Source: a virus. Taken from it: a stretch of 15,908 nt of DNA. Of the stretch, positions 15,104 to 15,908 are shown one piece after another. Numbering within the stretch: position 1 is the stretch's first letter; each line of letters opens with the position of its first letter. The notes beneath the pieces are model-generated. The model saw only the letters and a list, made by a program, of their open reading frames with translations. It ran no database searches and had not been told where the DNA came from. The stretch lies in UHGV virus genome UHGV-0361135; one strand, 5' to 3'. Both the position numbers and the translations under genes were made by a program.

Positions 15104-15908
15104 CCTTTCGCAGTTGCCTGCGCCGCAGATTGTCGATGTGCCGGACTTTGAGACGCTGCTTGCCGAACGCAAGGCCGAATTTGTTGCGCTTCATCCGAAA
15201 GATGAGCAGGAAGCAGTGATCCGCACGCTGGAACTGGAATCTGAACCCGTCACCAAATTGTTGCAGGAGAACGCTTACCGTGAGTTGCTTCTGCGCCAGC
15301 GCATTAACGAAGCCGCGCAGGCGGTAATGGTGGCTTACGCGATGGGCGGTGATCTTGACCAGATCGCTGCCAACTACAACGTGAAACGCCTGACGGTGAC
15401 GCCTGCTGATAATGACGCTGTGCCGCCCGTTGCAGCAGTGATGGAAAGCGATGAAGCGTTACGCCTGCGTGTGCCTGCAGCCTTTGAGGGGCTTTCAGTT
15501 GCGGGACCAACTGCCGCTTATGAATTTCATGCCCGAAGCGCCGACGGTCGGGTGGCGGATGCCAGTGCAACCAGTCCGGCACCTGCAGAGGTGGTGCTGA
15601 CAGTCCTTAGCCGCGAAGGCGACGGAACAGCAGAAAAAGACCTGCTGGATGTGGTGGAAAAAGCTCTGAACAGTGAGAACGTCCGCCCGGTGGCTGACCG
15701 TCTTACGGTTCGCAGCGCAGAAATCATCCCGTATCGCGTGGAAGCCACCATTTTTCTCTATCCGGGACCGGAAGCAGAGCCGGTAATGGCAGCGGCAAAA
15801 GCCAGTCTGCAGAAGTACATTGCCAGCCAGACGAGGCTTGGTCGGGATATTCGCCGTAGCGCCATCTTTGCTGCTCTGCATGTTGAGGGTGTTCAACGTG
15901 TGGAACTG
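15090..15908 (+). CDS. J: Baseplate assembly protein (P2 gpJ homolog), 3' partial (runs off the window end)
   Basis: ATG at 15090 with an AGGAG RBS at 15079-15083; open frame to the last base. The translation (MAVIDLSQLPAPQIVDVPDFETLLAERKA...HPKDEQEAVIRTLELESEP..KLLQENAYREL..RQR.NEAA.AVM...GADGRVADASATSP) matches P2 gpJ (MPIIDLNQLPAP.VVEELDFESILAERKA...). Not in the ORF track because there is no stop in the window. Confidence 0.9.
   Translation, partial: MAVIDLSQLPAPQIVDVPDFETLLAERKAEFVALHPKDEQEAVIRTLELESEPVTKLLQENAYRELLLRQRINEAAQAVMVAYAMGGDLDQIAANYNVKRLTVTPADNDAVPPVAAVMESDEALRLRVPAAFEGLSVAGPTAAYEFHARSADGRVADASATSPAPAEVVLTVLSREGDGTAEKDLLDVVEKALNSENVRPVADRLTVRSAEIIPYRVEATIFLYPGPEAEPVMAAAKASLQKYIASQTRLGRDIRRSAIFAALHVEGVQRVEL

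Noticed and set aside
15304-15896. Minus-strand ORFs of 92, 133 and 74 aa
   Set aside because: Antisense to the gpJ-homologous frame, which is strongly supported by similarity.
1-15908. CRISPR arrays, tRNA/rRNA genes, IS elements or integrase
   Set aside because: No regularly spaced direct repeats, no cloverleaf-like tRNA candidates and no transposase or integrase-like ORFs were seen; the attachment site and integrase presumably lie outside this window.

Overview
This window is a contiguous segment of a P2/186-family temperate phage (prophage) from an enterobacterial host, identified from my recollection of P2 protein sequences and gene order; no database search was run. It contains the conserved backbone in canonical order: the 3' end of a probable replication gene, an SOS-box-controlled tum/DinI-like module, portal Q and terminase P on the minus strand, then O-N-M-L-X, a lysis cassette (Y, K, lysA, lysB, lysC), R, S, V, W and the 5' part of J. 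Two visibly AT-rich cargo islands interrupt it. Island 1 (about 1214-3188, between the replication module and the portal gene) carries two unrelated orphan genes: a 176-aa protein and a 232-aa zinc-ribbon plus DUF4145-like protein. Island 2 (about 11940-14168, between tail genes S and V) carries an antisense two-gene operon: an ABC/AAA_21-type ATPase overlapping by 8 nt a downstream OLD/TOPRIM-like (DUF4435-like) protein. This is the architecture of PARIS (AriA/AriB) or AbiL-type anti-phage systems and is the strongest candidate for a defence system here. No rRNA, tRNA, CRISPR array or transposase was seen.
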